Shown here one piece after another: positions 39,424-48,259 of a stretch of 48,259 nt of DNA. How positions within the stretch are numbered: the stretch's first letter is position 1; the number at the start of each line of letters is the position of its first letter. The notes under the pieces are model-generated. The model ran no database searches and was not told the origin of the DNA. It was given only the letters and a program-made list of their open reading frames with translations. The position numbers and the translations under genes are program-made. This DNA comes from Candidatus Tectimicrobiota bacterium (GTDB taxonomy: Bacteria; JACPUC01): contig JACPUC010000028.1 in the NCBI GenBank assembly GCA_016192455.1, positions 62,001-110,259 of the forward strand, written 5' to 3'.

Positions 39424-40239
39424 GTGGCATACGAGAACATCAGGATCGAAACACAAGACAAAATCACCACCATCACCCTGAACCGACCCGAGCAACGCAA
39501 TGCCCTGAGCCCCGATTTGCACCGCGAGATGGATCGCGCGCTTGATGATCTCGCCGTTGACGAGGCAACGCGGGTCGTTGTCTTGACCGGCGAGGGAAAA
39601 GCCTTCTGTGCCGGGCAGGACCTGAAAAAGTTCTTCGCGGAGACGTATGATGATCCGCTGAAATCGAAGCACCTCACGGCCATCGCCATGCGCTGGGGTC
39701 GCAAGCTGCGCCTCTTCCCCCGCCCGACGATCGCCCGGGTGAACGGCTTTTGTTTCGGCGCCGGGCTGCGCATCATGGGCTTGTGCGACTTTGCCATCGC
39801 GGACGAGGCGGCGATCTTCGGTCTCTCCGAAATCAACTTCGGCATCATTCCGGCCGGCGGCGCGTCGAAAGTGCCGATTGACCTCCTCTCCCACCGTGAT
39901 GCCCTCTACCTCATTTTGACGGGAGACCGCATCGACGGGAAAGAGGCCGAGCGCATGCGGCTGATCAACCGCGCCGTTCCGGCCGACCAGCTTAACGGGG
40001 CGGTACGGCAGTTGGCCGACAAGCTCCTGCAAAAGAACCCCGTGGCGCTCACCGTGGCCAAGGAAGTCTTCTGGCGCGACAAGTATATGGAGTACGACGA
40101 GGCGGTTGATTGGGAGCTGGCCAAGTTTCAGGAGATGTCGAAGCTCGAGAAAGGAGAATGGGTGCAACAGGGCGTCGCGCAGTTTGTGAAAGGAGAGTAC
40201 AAGCCCGGCTTTGAAGCCTACAAGCGCAAGGAGGAATAG
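39424..40239 (+). CDS. crotonase superfamily enzyme, hydroxycinnamoyl-CoA hydratase/lyase (HCHL)-like
   Basis: LNRPEQRNALS, AFCAGQDLK, FGLSEINFG, KNPVAL, C-terminal YKPGFEAYKR resembling HCHL. Confidence 0.85.
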   Translation: MAYENIRIETQDKITTITLNRPEQRNALSPDLHREMDRALDDLAVDEATRVVVLTGEGKAFCAGQDLKKFFAETYDDPLKSKHLTAIAMRWGRKLRLFPRPTIARVNGFCFGAGLRIMGLCDFAIADEAAIFGLSEINFGIIPAGGASKVPIDLLSHRDALYLILTGDRIDGKEAERMRLINRAVPADQLNGAVRQLADKLLQKNPVALTVAKEVFWRDKYMEYDEAVDWELAKFQEMSKLEKGEWVQQGVAQFVKGEYKPGFEAYKRKEE

Positions 40240-40365
40240 CGGAGCAAGGATCCCAGTGCGGCAGCGCAGAAAGAAACGTGGTCGTCGATTAACCCGCGGT
40301 GCAAGTTTGCATGTGGGGTACCCTGCCTGGCAAGTGGTCCCGCATTGCAGGAGGGGGGTTCAGTG

Positions 40366-41568
40366 ATGAAGGGAAAAGAGTTACGGCTCATCGTCGTTGT
40401 GGTGTTGGCGGTGCTCGTGCTCACTGGTTGGAGCGTGCCGAATCTTCAGGCCCAAAACACCATCCAGATTGGCCTCCTCACCGAGTTCACCCTGCCCTTC
40501 CTGGCGGAATTCAGCAAGAACCAGCAGAAGGCGTTCGACATGGCGCTCGAGGAGGTCAATGCTGCTGGTGGCGTCATGGGAAAAAAGCTTGAGCTGGTGA
40601 CGGAAGAGGTCGGCGGCGGGCTGGACCAGGTTACTGCCGGGGCGGAGAAGCTCATCAGTCGCAAGCAAGTGCCGCTGATGATCAGCACTCAGTTCAGCAC
40701 CTTCACCCTGGCGTTGCAGAAGATTACCGAAGCCTACAAGGTCCCCCTCCTTGTCCCGATCTCCGGCTCCGATAAGATCACCGAGCAGAACTTGAAGTAT
40801 ACCTTCCGCATTTCGGCGCGCACCGGCATCGCATACGCCGGCATGATGGTGGAGTTCCTGAAGCGCTACGCCAAGCCGAAGAAAGTGGCGATCTTTTACG
40901 AGCAAGGGGGCTATGGGTCTGATTTTGGCCGCAAGGCCAAACTCCTGGTCGAGCAAGCGGGGTGGGAGATCGTCATGTTCGAGGGCTACAACCCGCGCGC
41001 CATCGACTTCAAGCCGCTGCTCACCAAAGCCAAGTCCATTCAGCCTGACGCCATCATGGTGGCAAACTTTTTCCTCGACGCCGTACTCATGATCCGCCAG
41101 GCAAAAGAGATCAACCTCAACACCCTGTGGATCGGCTCGCCGGGGTTCGGTTTTCCCCAGTTCCTTTCCAAGGACGGCGCCGGCAAAGATGCCGAGTACA
41201 TCTTCTCCATTCAGCAGTGGAACCCTAACGTGCCCTGGCCGGGTGCGAAAGAGTTTGCCGAGAAGTTCCGCAAGCGGTACAACATTGATCCCGATTGGAA
41301 TATCTCCCAACCCTACTACGCCATCCACTTCGTTGCCGACGTGCTGAAACGGGCAGGGTCGCTCGATCGCGAGAAGATCCGCGCCGCTCTCGTTGCCACG
41401 GACATCAAGGAGAGCATGTACGGGCCGATCAAGTTTGACGAACAGGGACAAAACCTGCATCCGGTGCTGGTCGCCCAGGTGCAGAACACGCAGTACGTCA
41501 TTGTCTACCCGACCGACCTCGCCCGTGGCAAGCCGAACCTGACGATTCCACCATGGGATAAGCGCTGA
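40366..41568 (+). CDS. Liv-type ABC substrate-binding protein
   Basis: Signal peptide; ALEEVNAAGGVMGKKL, KYTFRI, DFKPLLTK, GPIKFDEQGQN. Confidence 0.92.
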   Translation: MKGKELRLIVVVVLAVLVLTGWSVPNLQAQNTIQIGLLTEFTLPFLAEFSKNQQKAFDMALEEVNAAGGVMGKKLELVTEEVGGGLDQVTAGAEKLISRKQVPLMISTQFSTFTLALQKITEAYKVPLLVPISGSDKITEQNLKYTFRISARTGIAYAGMMVEFLKRYAKPKKVAIFYEQGGYGSDFGRKAKLLVEQAGWEIVMFEGYNPRAIDFKPLLTKAKSIQPDAIMVANFFLDAVLMIRQAKEINLNTLWIGSPGFGFPQFLSKDGAGKDAEYIFSIQQWNPNVPWPGAKEFAEKFRKRYNIDPDWNISQPYYAIHFVADVLKRAGSLDREKIRAALVATDIKESMYGPIKFDEQGQNLHPVLVAQVQNTQYVIVYPTDLARGKPNLTIPPWDKR

Positions 41569-41783
41569 GCAAGCGCGCCTCACTCCGCACCCTCATCGCC
41601 GTTGGCCGTTCGGGCGCTGCGAGGCAAGGGGGGCGCAGGTTCGCCGGCAAGAACGGCGTCCGCGCTCCCCTCCCTCCGGCGTTCCCGTCCCGGCCCTGTG
41701 GCTGATCGCGGTATCGCGACGAGTGCCGGCCGCGGCGTGGCGGCGGGAGTGCGGGGGGGGCGCGGAGAGAAACTAGGCTCGCC

Positions 41784-42647
41784 GTGATTGTCCTGCAAGT
41801 CCTCATCAATGGGTTGCTTACCGGCGGCATCTATTCGCTCATCAGCGTCGGCTTGGCGCTGATCCTGGGCACGATGCGCATCATCAACATCTTCCACGGC
41901 GAGTTGTTGATGATGGCGATGTACTTGACGTACTGGCTCTATCTCTACATTCATCTCGATCCATACGTCAGTGTGCTGATTACGGCTCCGGTGCTCTTCG
42001 GCTTCGGCTATGTCATGCAGCGCGTGCTGATAAACCGCGTTCTGGCGCAGCCCGAAGTCAATCAAGTGCTGTTAACGCTGGGTATCTCCATGGCCTTGAT
42101 CAATCTATTCCAGCTCTTCTTTTCACCAACATACCGGCAGGTGCGGACAGGGTATTCGACGGCGGTTTTGGCTTTTGCTGATGTGAGGATCAGTATTCCC
42201 TATACTATCTCTTTTATGCTTGCTTTCGCCTTCACGTTCCTTCTCTATAGCTTTCTCATCCGCACGTTCCCAGGGAAGGCTATTCGGGCAACGGCGCAGG
42301 ATCGTCAGGCTGCGGTCATGATGGGCGTCAACATTGCGACGGTGAACGCGATCTCCTTCGGCATCGGGGCCGCGCTGGCGGCCGCCGCCGGCTCGCTCCT
42401 GGTCCCCATCTACTACATTTTTCCCGGCGTCGGCTTTCCTTTTGCGATCAAGGCTTTTGTGGTAGTCGTGTTAGGGGGCATGGGGAGTGTTGTGGGAGCG
42501 GCGTTGGGCGGAATCATTTTCGGCGTGGTCGAAGCCTTGGGTTCCTTCTTTATCTCGACACGCTACACCGATGCCATCGGCCTGCTGATTTTCATCGTCA
42601 TCCTTCTGGTGCGCCCCGCCGGCCTCTTTGGGAGGTCGCGCGTATGA
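41784..42647 (+). CDS. Liv-type ABC permease (LivH-like)
   Basis: INGLLTGGIYSLISVGLALI, GKAIRATAQD, KAFVVVVLGGMGS, RPAGLFG. Confidence 0.93.
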   Translation: MIVLQVLINGLLTGGIYSLISVGLALILGTMRIINIFHGELLMMAMYLTYWLYLYIHLDPYVSVLITAPVLFGFGYVMQRVLINRVLAQPEVNQVLLTLGISMALINLFQLFFSPTYRQVRTGYSTAVLAFADVRISIPYTISFMLAFAFTFLLYSFLIRTFPGKAIRATAQDRQAAVMMGVNIATVNAISFGIGAALAAAAGSLLVPIYYIFPGVGFPFAIKAFVVVVLGGMGSVVGAALGGIIFGVVEALGSFFISTRYTDAIGLLIFIVILLVRPAGLFGRSRV

Positions 42648-43657
42648 AGGCAGCCTCCCTGTCGCGGCGCAGCGCTGGACGGATGCAAGGGCGTCGGTTC
42701 ACTCCCATGAATCTGCTGATAACCATGCCGCTTATCCTACTTCTCCTGCTCGGCGTTCCCTGGCTCGTGAGCAGCCCCTATTTCCTGGACATCGTCATCC
42801 TGATGCTGATGTACATGTTGCTGGGGATGAGCTGGAATCTTTTGGGAGGATTCGCCGGCCAGATCTCACTCGGTCATGCAATCTTCTTTGGCCTGGGTGC
42901 GTATTGCTACGGCTTTCTCATTAACCAGCACCTGACGTCGGTCTGGATCGCTCTTGCCAGCGGAGCGCTGGCGGCAACCGTGGCCTCGATCCCCATCGGC
43001 ATCCTCTGTTTTCGCCTGCGGGGTCCCTATTTCGTCCTCGTTACCCTGGCCGCCGCCGAGGTGGTCAGAATCCTCGCCGTCAACCTCGTCGACCTAACGC
43101 AAGGAGCCGAAGGGATGGTGATCACCCCCGCCTTCGGCATCAGCAAGACGCCGTACTACTACCTGGCCCTGGCCTTCGTCCTCCTTGAGTTGATCACCAT
43201 GGTCGTGCTCTGCAGTTCCCGCTTCGGTTACTACTACATGGCGGTGCGCGAGGATGAGGACACGGCGCTGGCGATCGGGGTGAATCCGCTGATCCATAAA
43301 CTCTGGGCCTTTGGCATCAGCGCCTTCTTCGCCGGTCTGACCGGCGCCTTCTATGCGAGTTACCGCCACGTCATTGATCCGTCAGTAGTCCTCTCTCTCG
43401 AACGTTCCGTCGACATCCTTCTCGGGCCGCTCGTCGGCGGCATTGGAACCTTGGCCGGCCCCTTGGTCGGCGCGGTTATCATGGTCAGCGTCAATGAAGG
43501 GTTGCGCTCTCTCTTGGGCGGCGCGTACCTGGTGGCCTACGGCCTCATTCTGGTCGTCATCGTGCTCTTCTTCCCCAGCGGCGTCCTGGGGGTGACCCAA
43601 CGGTTTTTCACCCGCGAAGCGGGCGGTGAGGCAGGCAAGGCCGATGAAGCTGCTTGA
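42644..43657 (+). CDS. Liv-type ABC permease (LivM-like)
   Basis: SWNLLGGFAGQISLGHA, RLRGPYFVLVTL, AVREDEDTA, GGIGTLAGP. Confidence 0.93.
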   Translation: MKAASLSRRSAGRMQGRRFTPMNLLITMPLILLLLLGVPWLVSSPYFLDIVILMLMYMLLGMSWNLLGGFAGQISLGHAIFFGLGAYCYGFLINQHLTSVWIALASGALAATVASIPIGILCFRLRGPYFVLVTLAAAEVVRILAVNLVDLTQGAEGMVITPAFGISKTPYYYLALAFVLLELITMVVLCSSRFGYYYMAVREDEDTALAIGVNPLIHKLWAFGISAFFAGLTGAFYASYRHVIDPSVVLSLERSVDILLGPLVGGIGTLAGPLVGAVIMVSVNEGLRSLLGGAYLVAYGLILVVIVLFFPSGVLGVTQRFFTREAGGEAGKADEAA

Positions 43658-44369
43658 AGTGCGGGACGTCCAGAAGCATTTCGGCGGGCTTGCGGCCATT
43701 CACGGCGTGTCGCTGTCGGTCGATGCCGGGGAGATCGTCAGCATCATCGGTCCCAACGGCGCCGGCAAGACAACCCTCTTCAACCTCATCAGTGGGTTCG
43801 AGCGTCCTGACGCGGGCACCATCTTCTTCAACGGTAACGAGATCAGCGGTCTGTCTCCGCACCAGATTTGCCGCAGGGGCATCGCCCGAACGTTTCAACT
43901 CGTCAAGCCTTTCCATAACCTGACGGTATGGGAGAACGTCATGGTGGCCGGCTTGATGAGGTTGAGCAAGCGCGACGCCGCACGCCAGGCCGATCGCATC
44001 CTGGCCCGGCTGCACCTGAGCGACCGCGCCGACCAGCGGGCGCGCAACCTGACCATCGGCGCCAAGAAGCGTCTGGAGGTGGCGCGCGCCCTCGCCACCC
44101 AGCCGCACTTCATCCTCCTCGACGAGGTCGTTGCCGGTCTCAACCAGCGCGAGACCGCCGACATGAGTGCCATCATCCGCGACCTGCGCCAGGAAGGCAT
44201 CTCCACGGTGGCGGCGGTCGAGCACGTCATGCAGATGGTGATGAGCGTCTCCGACCGCATCTACGTGCTGAACTACGGCGAATGCATCGCCGAAGGACGG
44301 CCGGACGAAATTCGCCGCAATCCCCATGTTCTCGAGGCCTACCTTGGAAGCGACGGTGCTCTCCGTTGA
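43644..44369 (+). CDS. Liv-type ABC ATPase (LivG-like)
   Basis: FGGLAA, GPNGAGKTT, GIARTFQ, LLDE, VEH, VLEAYLG. Confidence 0.94.
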   Translation: MKLLEVRDVQKHFGGLAAIHGVSLSVDAGEIVSIIGPNGAGKTTLFNLISGFERPDAGTIFFNGNEISGLSPHQICRRGIARTFQLVKPFHNLTVWENVMVAGLMRLSKRDAARQADRILARLHLSDRADQRARNLTIGAKKRLEVARALATQPHFILLDEVVAGLNQRETADMSAIIRDLRQEGISTVAAVEHVMQMVMSVSDRIYVLNYGECIAEGRPDEIRRNPHVLEAYLGSDGALR

Positions 44370-45102
44370 TGGGATAGACGTAGCGTACGGCGTCGGATTC
44401 CCGACCCTGCGCAACGTCTCGCTGCGCTTGCCCGAGGGGGAGATCATCGCCCTGGTGGGGAGCAACGGCGCCGGCAAGACCACGCTCCTCAATACCATCT
44501 CCGGATTGCTGCGGCCCTCGCGCGGCGGCATCAGGCTGCGCGATACCCCCCTCCACCTCCTCCCTCCCCATGAAGTGGCCGAGCTCGGCATCGCCCACGT
44601 GCCGGAAGGCCGCAAGCTCTTTCCCATGATGACGGTGGAAGAGAACCTGCACATGGGCGCCTATACGCGGCGTTCCCGGCCGCACCTGGCCGCCATGATC
44701 GAATCCGTCTACGATCTCTTCCCGGTGCTGCGGGACCGGCGGCGTCAGTACGCCCGCACCCTCAGCGGCGGCGAGCAGCAGATGGTGGCGATCGGCCGCG
44801 GCTTGATGTCGATGCCCGAGATCATCATGTTCGATGAACCCTCCCTCGGCCTGGCGCCGCTGATCGTGCGCGAGATGTTCGAGGTCATCAAGCGCGTCAA
44901 CGCCGAGGGGAAGACTGTCTTCCTGGTGGAACAGAACGTGCGCTTTGCCCTTGGCATCTGCCACTATGCCTACATTCTCGAACAAGGGCAGATCATCGGC
45001 AGCGGCAAGGGGCAAGACCTCCTGAACGACGAGTTCATTCAAACCTCGATCTTGGGGACGGGGTTGTCGAACTCCGGGATGGACAGTCAGGCCGACGCCT
45101 GA
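44356..45102 (+). CDS. Liv-type ABC ATPase (LivF-like)
   Basis: GSNGAGKTT, HVPEGRKLF, LSGGEQQM, DEPSLGLAP, LVEQN; GTG start inferred. Confidence 0.94.
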   Translation: MLSVDGIDVAYGVGFPTLRNVSLRLPEGEIIALVGSNGAGKTTLLNTISGLLRPSRGGIRLRDTPLHLLPPHEVAELGIAHVPEGRKLFPMMTVEENLHMGAYTRRSRPHLAAMIESVYDLFPVLRDRRRQYARTLSGGEQQMVAIGRGLMSMPEIIMFDEPSLGLAPLIVREMFEVIKRVNAEGKTVFLVEQNVRFALGICHYAYILEQGQIIGSGKGQDLLNDEFIQTSILGTGLSNSGMDSQADA

Positions 45103-45215
45103 GGCTCACATCGAGGCGGCTGCTTCCGGCGCGGCGTTCTTCCGGTCGCGCCGGCCGTCGCGAAGAGGCCACGGTTGCCCCGGGGTCGGGCAGCCTCCCC
45201 CCATGGGATCACAAT

Positions 45216-46628
45216 ATGGATGAGCGTCTGCGCGCCTTGATGTTCCCCCGCTCGATCGCCGTGATTGGGGCCTCGGCCAATCTCGCCACCATCGGCGGGC
45301 GCCCCCTGCGCCTGCTGCGCAAGCACGGCTTCAAGGGAAACCTCTACCCGGTGAACCCGAAGTACGCGGAGATCGACGGCCTGCGCTGCTACCCCTCCAT
45401 CGGCGCGGTGGGCGAGGCGATCGATTGCGCCCTCATCGCCTTGGGACGCGACCAGGTCATCCCGGCGCTGGAAGCGTGCGCCGCGGCGGGAGTGCGCGCG
45501 GCCACGGTCTTCTCGAGCGGCTTCGCGGAGGTGGGCGGCGAGGGTACCCGCCTGCAACAGGAGATGACCAACCTCGCCCGCCGCACCGGCCTGCGCATCA
45601 ACGGCCCGAACGGCATGGGCGTGATGAACTTCAAGGAGGGCGTGGTGGCGACGTTCTCCAATTCCGCCGAGCTGGAGCGGGTGCGGCCCGGCAACCTCGC
45701 CCTGGTGGCGCAGAGCGGCGGCCTGGCCGGAGCCTTGCTCGACCGCTCCCACGAGCTCGGCCTGGGCGTGAGCCACGTCGTCTCCACCGGCAACGAGGCC
45801 GACGTGGAGGCGAGCGAGTACCTCGAGTACCTCGTCGAGGACCCAGCCACCGAGGTGGTCGGGGCCTACATCGAGGGATTTCGCAACGTGGAACGGTTAG
45901 GCCGGGTCTGCGAGCGCGCGGCGCAGAAGCGCAAACCGATCATCGTGCTGAAGGCCGGCAGCTCCACGATCGGGAGGGAGATGGCGGCCTCGCATACCGC
46001 CGCCGCCACGGGCTCCGACGACATCTACAACACCTTCTTCCGCCGCCACGGCATTATCCGCGTCGCTGACCTCGACGAGCTCATGGGCACGGCCTCCCTG
46101 CTGACACGCTACCGGCACGCCGCCGGCACGCGCCTGGGGGTCTTTTCCGCCTCGGGCGGAGCCGCGGTGCTCATCGCCGACGAGTGCGCGCGGCACGGCA
46201 TCGAGCTGCCACCGCTCGCCCGGGAGACACAGCAGGCGCTCGCCCCGCTCGTGGGCGCCTTCTCCACCCTGATGAATCCCTTTGACCCCACGGGACAGAG
46301 CTACAACGATCCCAGTCTGGTCAAGACGACCTTTGAAATCTTTCTCCGAGACCCGAATTTCGATTGGATTCTCTTCCTCATACCCACGGTGGCCCTGCGC
46401 ATGGCCGACCTCTTCGTCGACTACCTCCTCGACACCGCGCCGCAAACGAGCAAGCCGGTGCTGGTCTACTGCATCGGAGGGTCCCTGTCGAGCCCGGTCT
46501 TCACGGCCTTGCGCGACAGTCCCCTGCCCTACTACCGGTCGCTCCGCACCTGCTTCCAGGCCTTGGCGGCCGCCCTGCGCTACCAAGACTTCCTCGGCAA
46601 GCGGCAGCACGCGAAGGGGTTGCGATGA
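45216..46628 (+). CDS. NDP-forming acyl-CoA synthetase alpha-type subunit (CoA-binding and ligase domains, no ATP-grasp)
   Basis: PRSIAVIGAS, YPVNPK, SSGFAE, GPNGMG, VAQSGG, STGNEAD, AASHTAA (phospho-His), SGGAAVL, NPFD. Confidence 0.9.
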   Translation: MDERLRALMFPRSIAVIGASANLATIGGRPLRLLRKHGFKGNLYPVNPKYAEIDGLRCYPSIGAVGEAIDCALIALGRDQVIPALEACAAAGVRAATVFSSGFAEVGGEGTRLQQEMTNLARRTGLRINGPNGMGVMNFKEGVVATFSNSAELERVRPGNLALVAQSGGLAGALLDRSHELGLGVSHVVSTGNEADVEASEYLEYLVEDPATEVVGAYIEGFRNVERLGRVCERAAQKRKPIIVLKAGSSTIGREMAASHTAAATGSDDIYNTFFRRHGIIRVADLDELMGTASLLTRYRHAAGTRLGVFSASGGAAVLIADECARHGIELPPLARETQQALAPLVGAFSTLMNPFDPTGQSYNDPSLVKTTFEIFLRDPNFDWILFLIPTVALRMADLFVDYLLDTAPQTSKPVLVYCIGGSLSSPVFTALRDSPLPYYRSLRTCFQALAAALRYQDFLGKRQHAKGLR

Positions 46629-47644
46629 TGGATGTGAAATTTGGAGCTAGCTTCGTTCCCTGTCAGCCCGATGAGCTGGCGCGGCTCTGCGTCACCGCCG
46701 AGGACGCAGGCTACGACCGCCTCGGCCTCGTCGATTCGCAGAGCATCTACCGCGAGCTGTGGGTGAGTTGCACCGTGGCGGCCAGCCACACCACGCGCAT
46801 CAAGGTGGGGCCGCGCGTCACCAATCCGATCACCCGCCACCTCTCCGTCACCGCCAGCGCCGCCGCCACCTTGGAGGAGCTGGCGCCGGGGCGCATCTTC
46901 CTCGGCCTCGGCAGCGGCGACAGCGCCCTGGGCAACATCGGCCTGCGGGCGGCTTCCCTGAGCGAGATGGAGGAAGCGATTCACGCCGCGCGCGCCTTGA
47001 TGACCGGCTCGGCGGCCGCCTACCACGGCCGGAGCTGCGCCATGCCCTGGTCGCGCCGCGCCGTGCCGATCTACATGTCCGCTCACGGGCCGAAGTCCCT
47101 GCGCCTGGCCGGGCGGGTTGCCGATGGGGTGGTGATCGGCACCGGGCTAAATAGGGAGGCGGTCGCCTACAGCCTGGAGATGATCCAGCAGGGCGCCGAG
47201 GAGGGCGGCCGCCGCCTGGCCGACCTCGACCTCTGGTGGCTCTCCACTTGCAACCTGGCGGCCAGCCGGGTGGCCGCCATCGCCGAGGTGCGCATGCTGC
47301 TGGCGGCAAACGCGCACGTGCTGCCGAATCAAGTGCGCAACCCCGCCCTCGTGCCGCCGCGCTACAGTGAGGCAATCGCCACCCTGGCGCGCGAGTATGT
47401 CATCTCCGAGCACCTCATGCCCGGCGCCGCGCGCACGAACGTGCAACTCGTGCAGCGGCTCGGCCTCGAGGACTACCTCGCCGAGCGCTTCGGCATCGTC
47501 GGCACGCCCGACGACTGCCTGCGCCAGATCGAGCGCGCCCTGAACGCCGGGGCCAATCAGTTGTGGATGAGCATCTACTTTCCGCACCGGCAGAGCTTCA
47601 TGGAGCGCTGGGGGAGGGAGATCATCGCGCGGTTCCAGGGATGA
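46625..47644 (+). CDS. LLM-class flavin/F420-dependent oxidoreductase (Mer-like)
   Basis: AEDAGYD...DSQ, VTNPITRH, GRIFLGLGSGD, GPKSLRLAGRVADGV, VGTPDDC; ATGA overlap with the ligase stop. Confidence 0.9.
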   Translation: MMDVKFGASFVPCQPDELARLCVTAEDAGYDRLGLVDSQSIYRELWVSCTVAASHTTRIKVGPRVTNPITRHLSVTASAAATLEELAPGRIFLGLGSGDSALGNIGLRAASLSEMEEAIHAARALMTGSAAAYHGRSCAMPWSRRAVPIYMSAHGPKSLRLAGRVADGVVIGTGLNREAVAYSLEMIQQGAEEGGRRLADLDLWWLSTCNLAASRVAAIAEVRMLLAANAHVLPNQVRNPALVPPRYSEAIATLAREYVISEHLMPGAARTNVQLVQRLGLEDYLAERFGIVGTPDDCLRQIERALNAGANQLWMSIYFPHRQSFMERWGREIIARFQG

Positions 47645-47884
47645 CGGAGCGGCGGGTGGCGATGTCGCCGCGGGAGGAGTCGCGGAGGGAGCGCTTCCAC
47701 GGGCCGCTGAGCGCCGCACCATGCTTGCCGCCAACGCCAGCAACGCCAGTGTCTCCTGAGCTGAAACCCTGCTCTCCACCTTCAACACATGAATCCTGAT
47801 CGCAGGCTCAGAGCTTGCGGTTTCAGCCTGCAAGGAAGGTGGCGTAGTTGACGGCGGAGGATTGCGCCGGCGCTCAGATTGGTC

Positions 47885-48259
47885 TCACACGACGAACCCG
47901 GCCTTGATGATCTCCTCTCGGATCGCCTCCTTGTCCAGCCATTCCTTCTCATACGTCACGGTTACGTACTTTTCCGCGGCATCGCCGGTCACCGTGTCCG
48001 CGCCGCGCTTCATGAGCGCCTCGCGGATGGTCTGGATGCAGCCCTCGCAGTGGATGCTCGGCACCGGGATGGTGGTTTTCTCCAGGGCACGCGAGCTTTT
48101 CCGCGCCGCCGGCAGCAACCGGCCGCCGAAGGAGTTGAGGAGCACGGTCGTGACGCTCGCCGCCATCGCCAGCATGGCCATGGCGGGATGCACGATGCCC
48201 GTCACCGCCGCCGGCACGCCGAGGCCGTTGAAGAGGAAGGCGAGGACGACGTTCTGCAC
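47885..48259 (-). CDS. C-terminal part of a heavy-metal P1B-type ATPase with a C-terminal HMA domain (5'-truncated)
   Basis: QNVVLAFLFNGLGVPAA...HPAMAMLAMAASVTTVLLNS (last two TMs), then SIHCEGC HMA domain. Confidence 0.85.
   Translation of the reverse strand: MQNVVLAFLFNGLGVPAAVTGIVHPAMAMLAMAASVTTVLLNSFGGRLLPAARKSSRALEKTTIPVPSIHCEGCIQTIREALMKRGADTVTGDAAEKYVTVTYEKEWLDKEAIREEIIKAGFVV

Overview
GC-rich bacterial chromosomal window with two parts. Bases 1-22.5 kb are mostly core genes: rlmD (partial), acuB-like, coaE, rho, rpmE-prfA-prmC, murA-hisDCBHAF(IE) with no hisG, a PCP_red/Mrp cluster with REP-like repeats, and tRNA-Ala(CGC). Bases 22.5-48 kb are accessory catabolic and redox genes: copZ-like, UbiD, two orphan solute-binding proteins, msrPQ, tRNA-Arg(TCT) and a 17-kb divergent TetR-associated locus. 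The ORF track splits two genes at in-frame TGA codons, and both read best as selenoproteins: a UxxC peroxiredoxin-like protein (3862-4356) and a GrdB-like reductase subunit (30612-31943). The best candidate for a new system is the 30.6-47.6 kb locus. Its left arm encodes an ATP-dependent hydantoinase/oxoprolinase A/B, an atypical GrdE-like protein (no pyruvoyl-forming Cys) and an atypical GrdB-like selenoprotein (UGTGVRC instead of UGTCTRC), with no grdA/C/D in the window. Its right arm encodes TetR, acyl-CoA dehydrogenase, a divergent HCHL-like crotonase, a Liv-type ABC importer, an alpha-only NDP-forming CoA ligase and an LLM oxidoreductase. One palindromic operator candidate overlaps both promoters. 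All family calls come from motif recognition by eye; no database searches were run.
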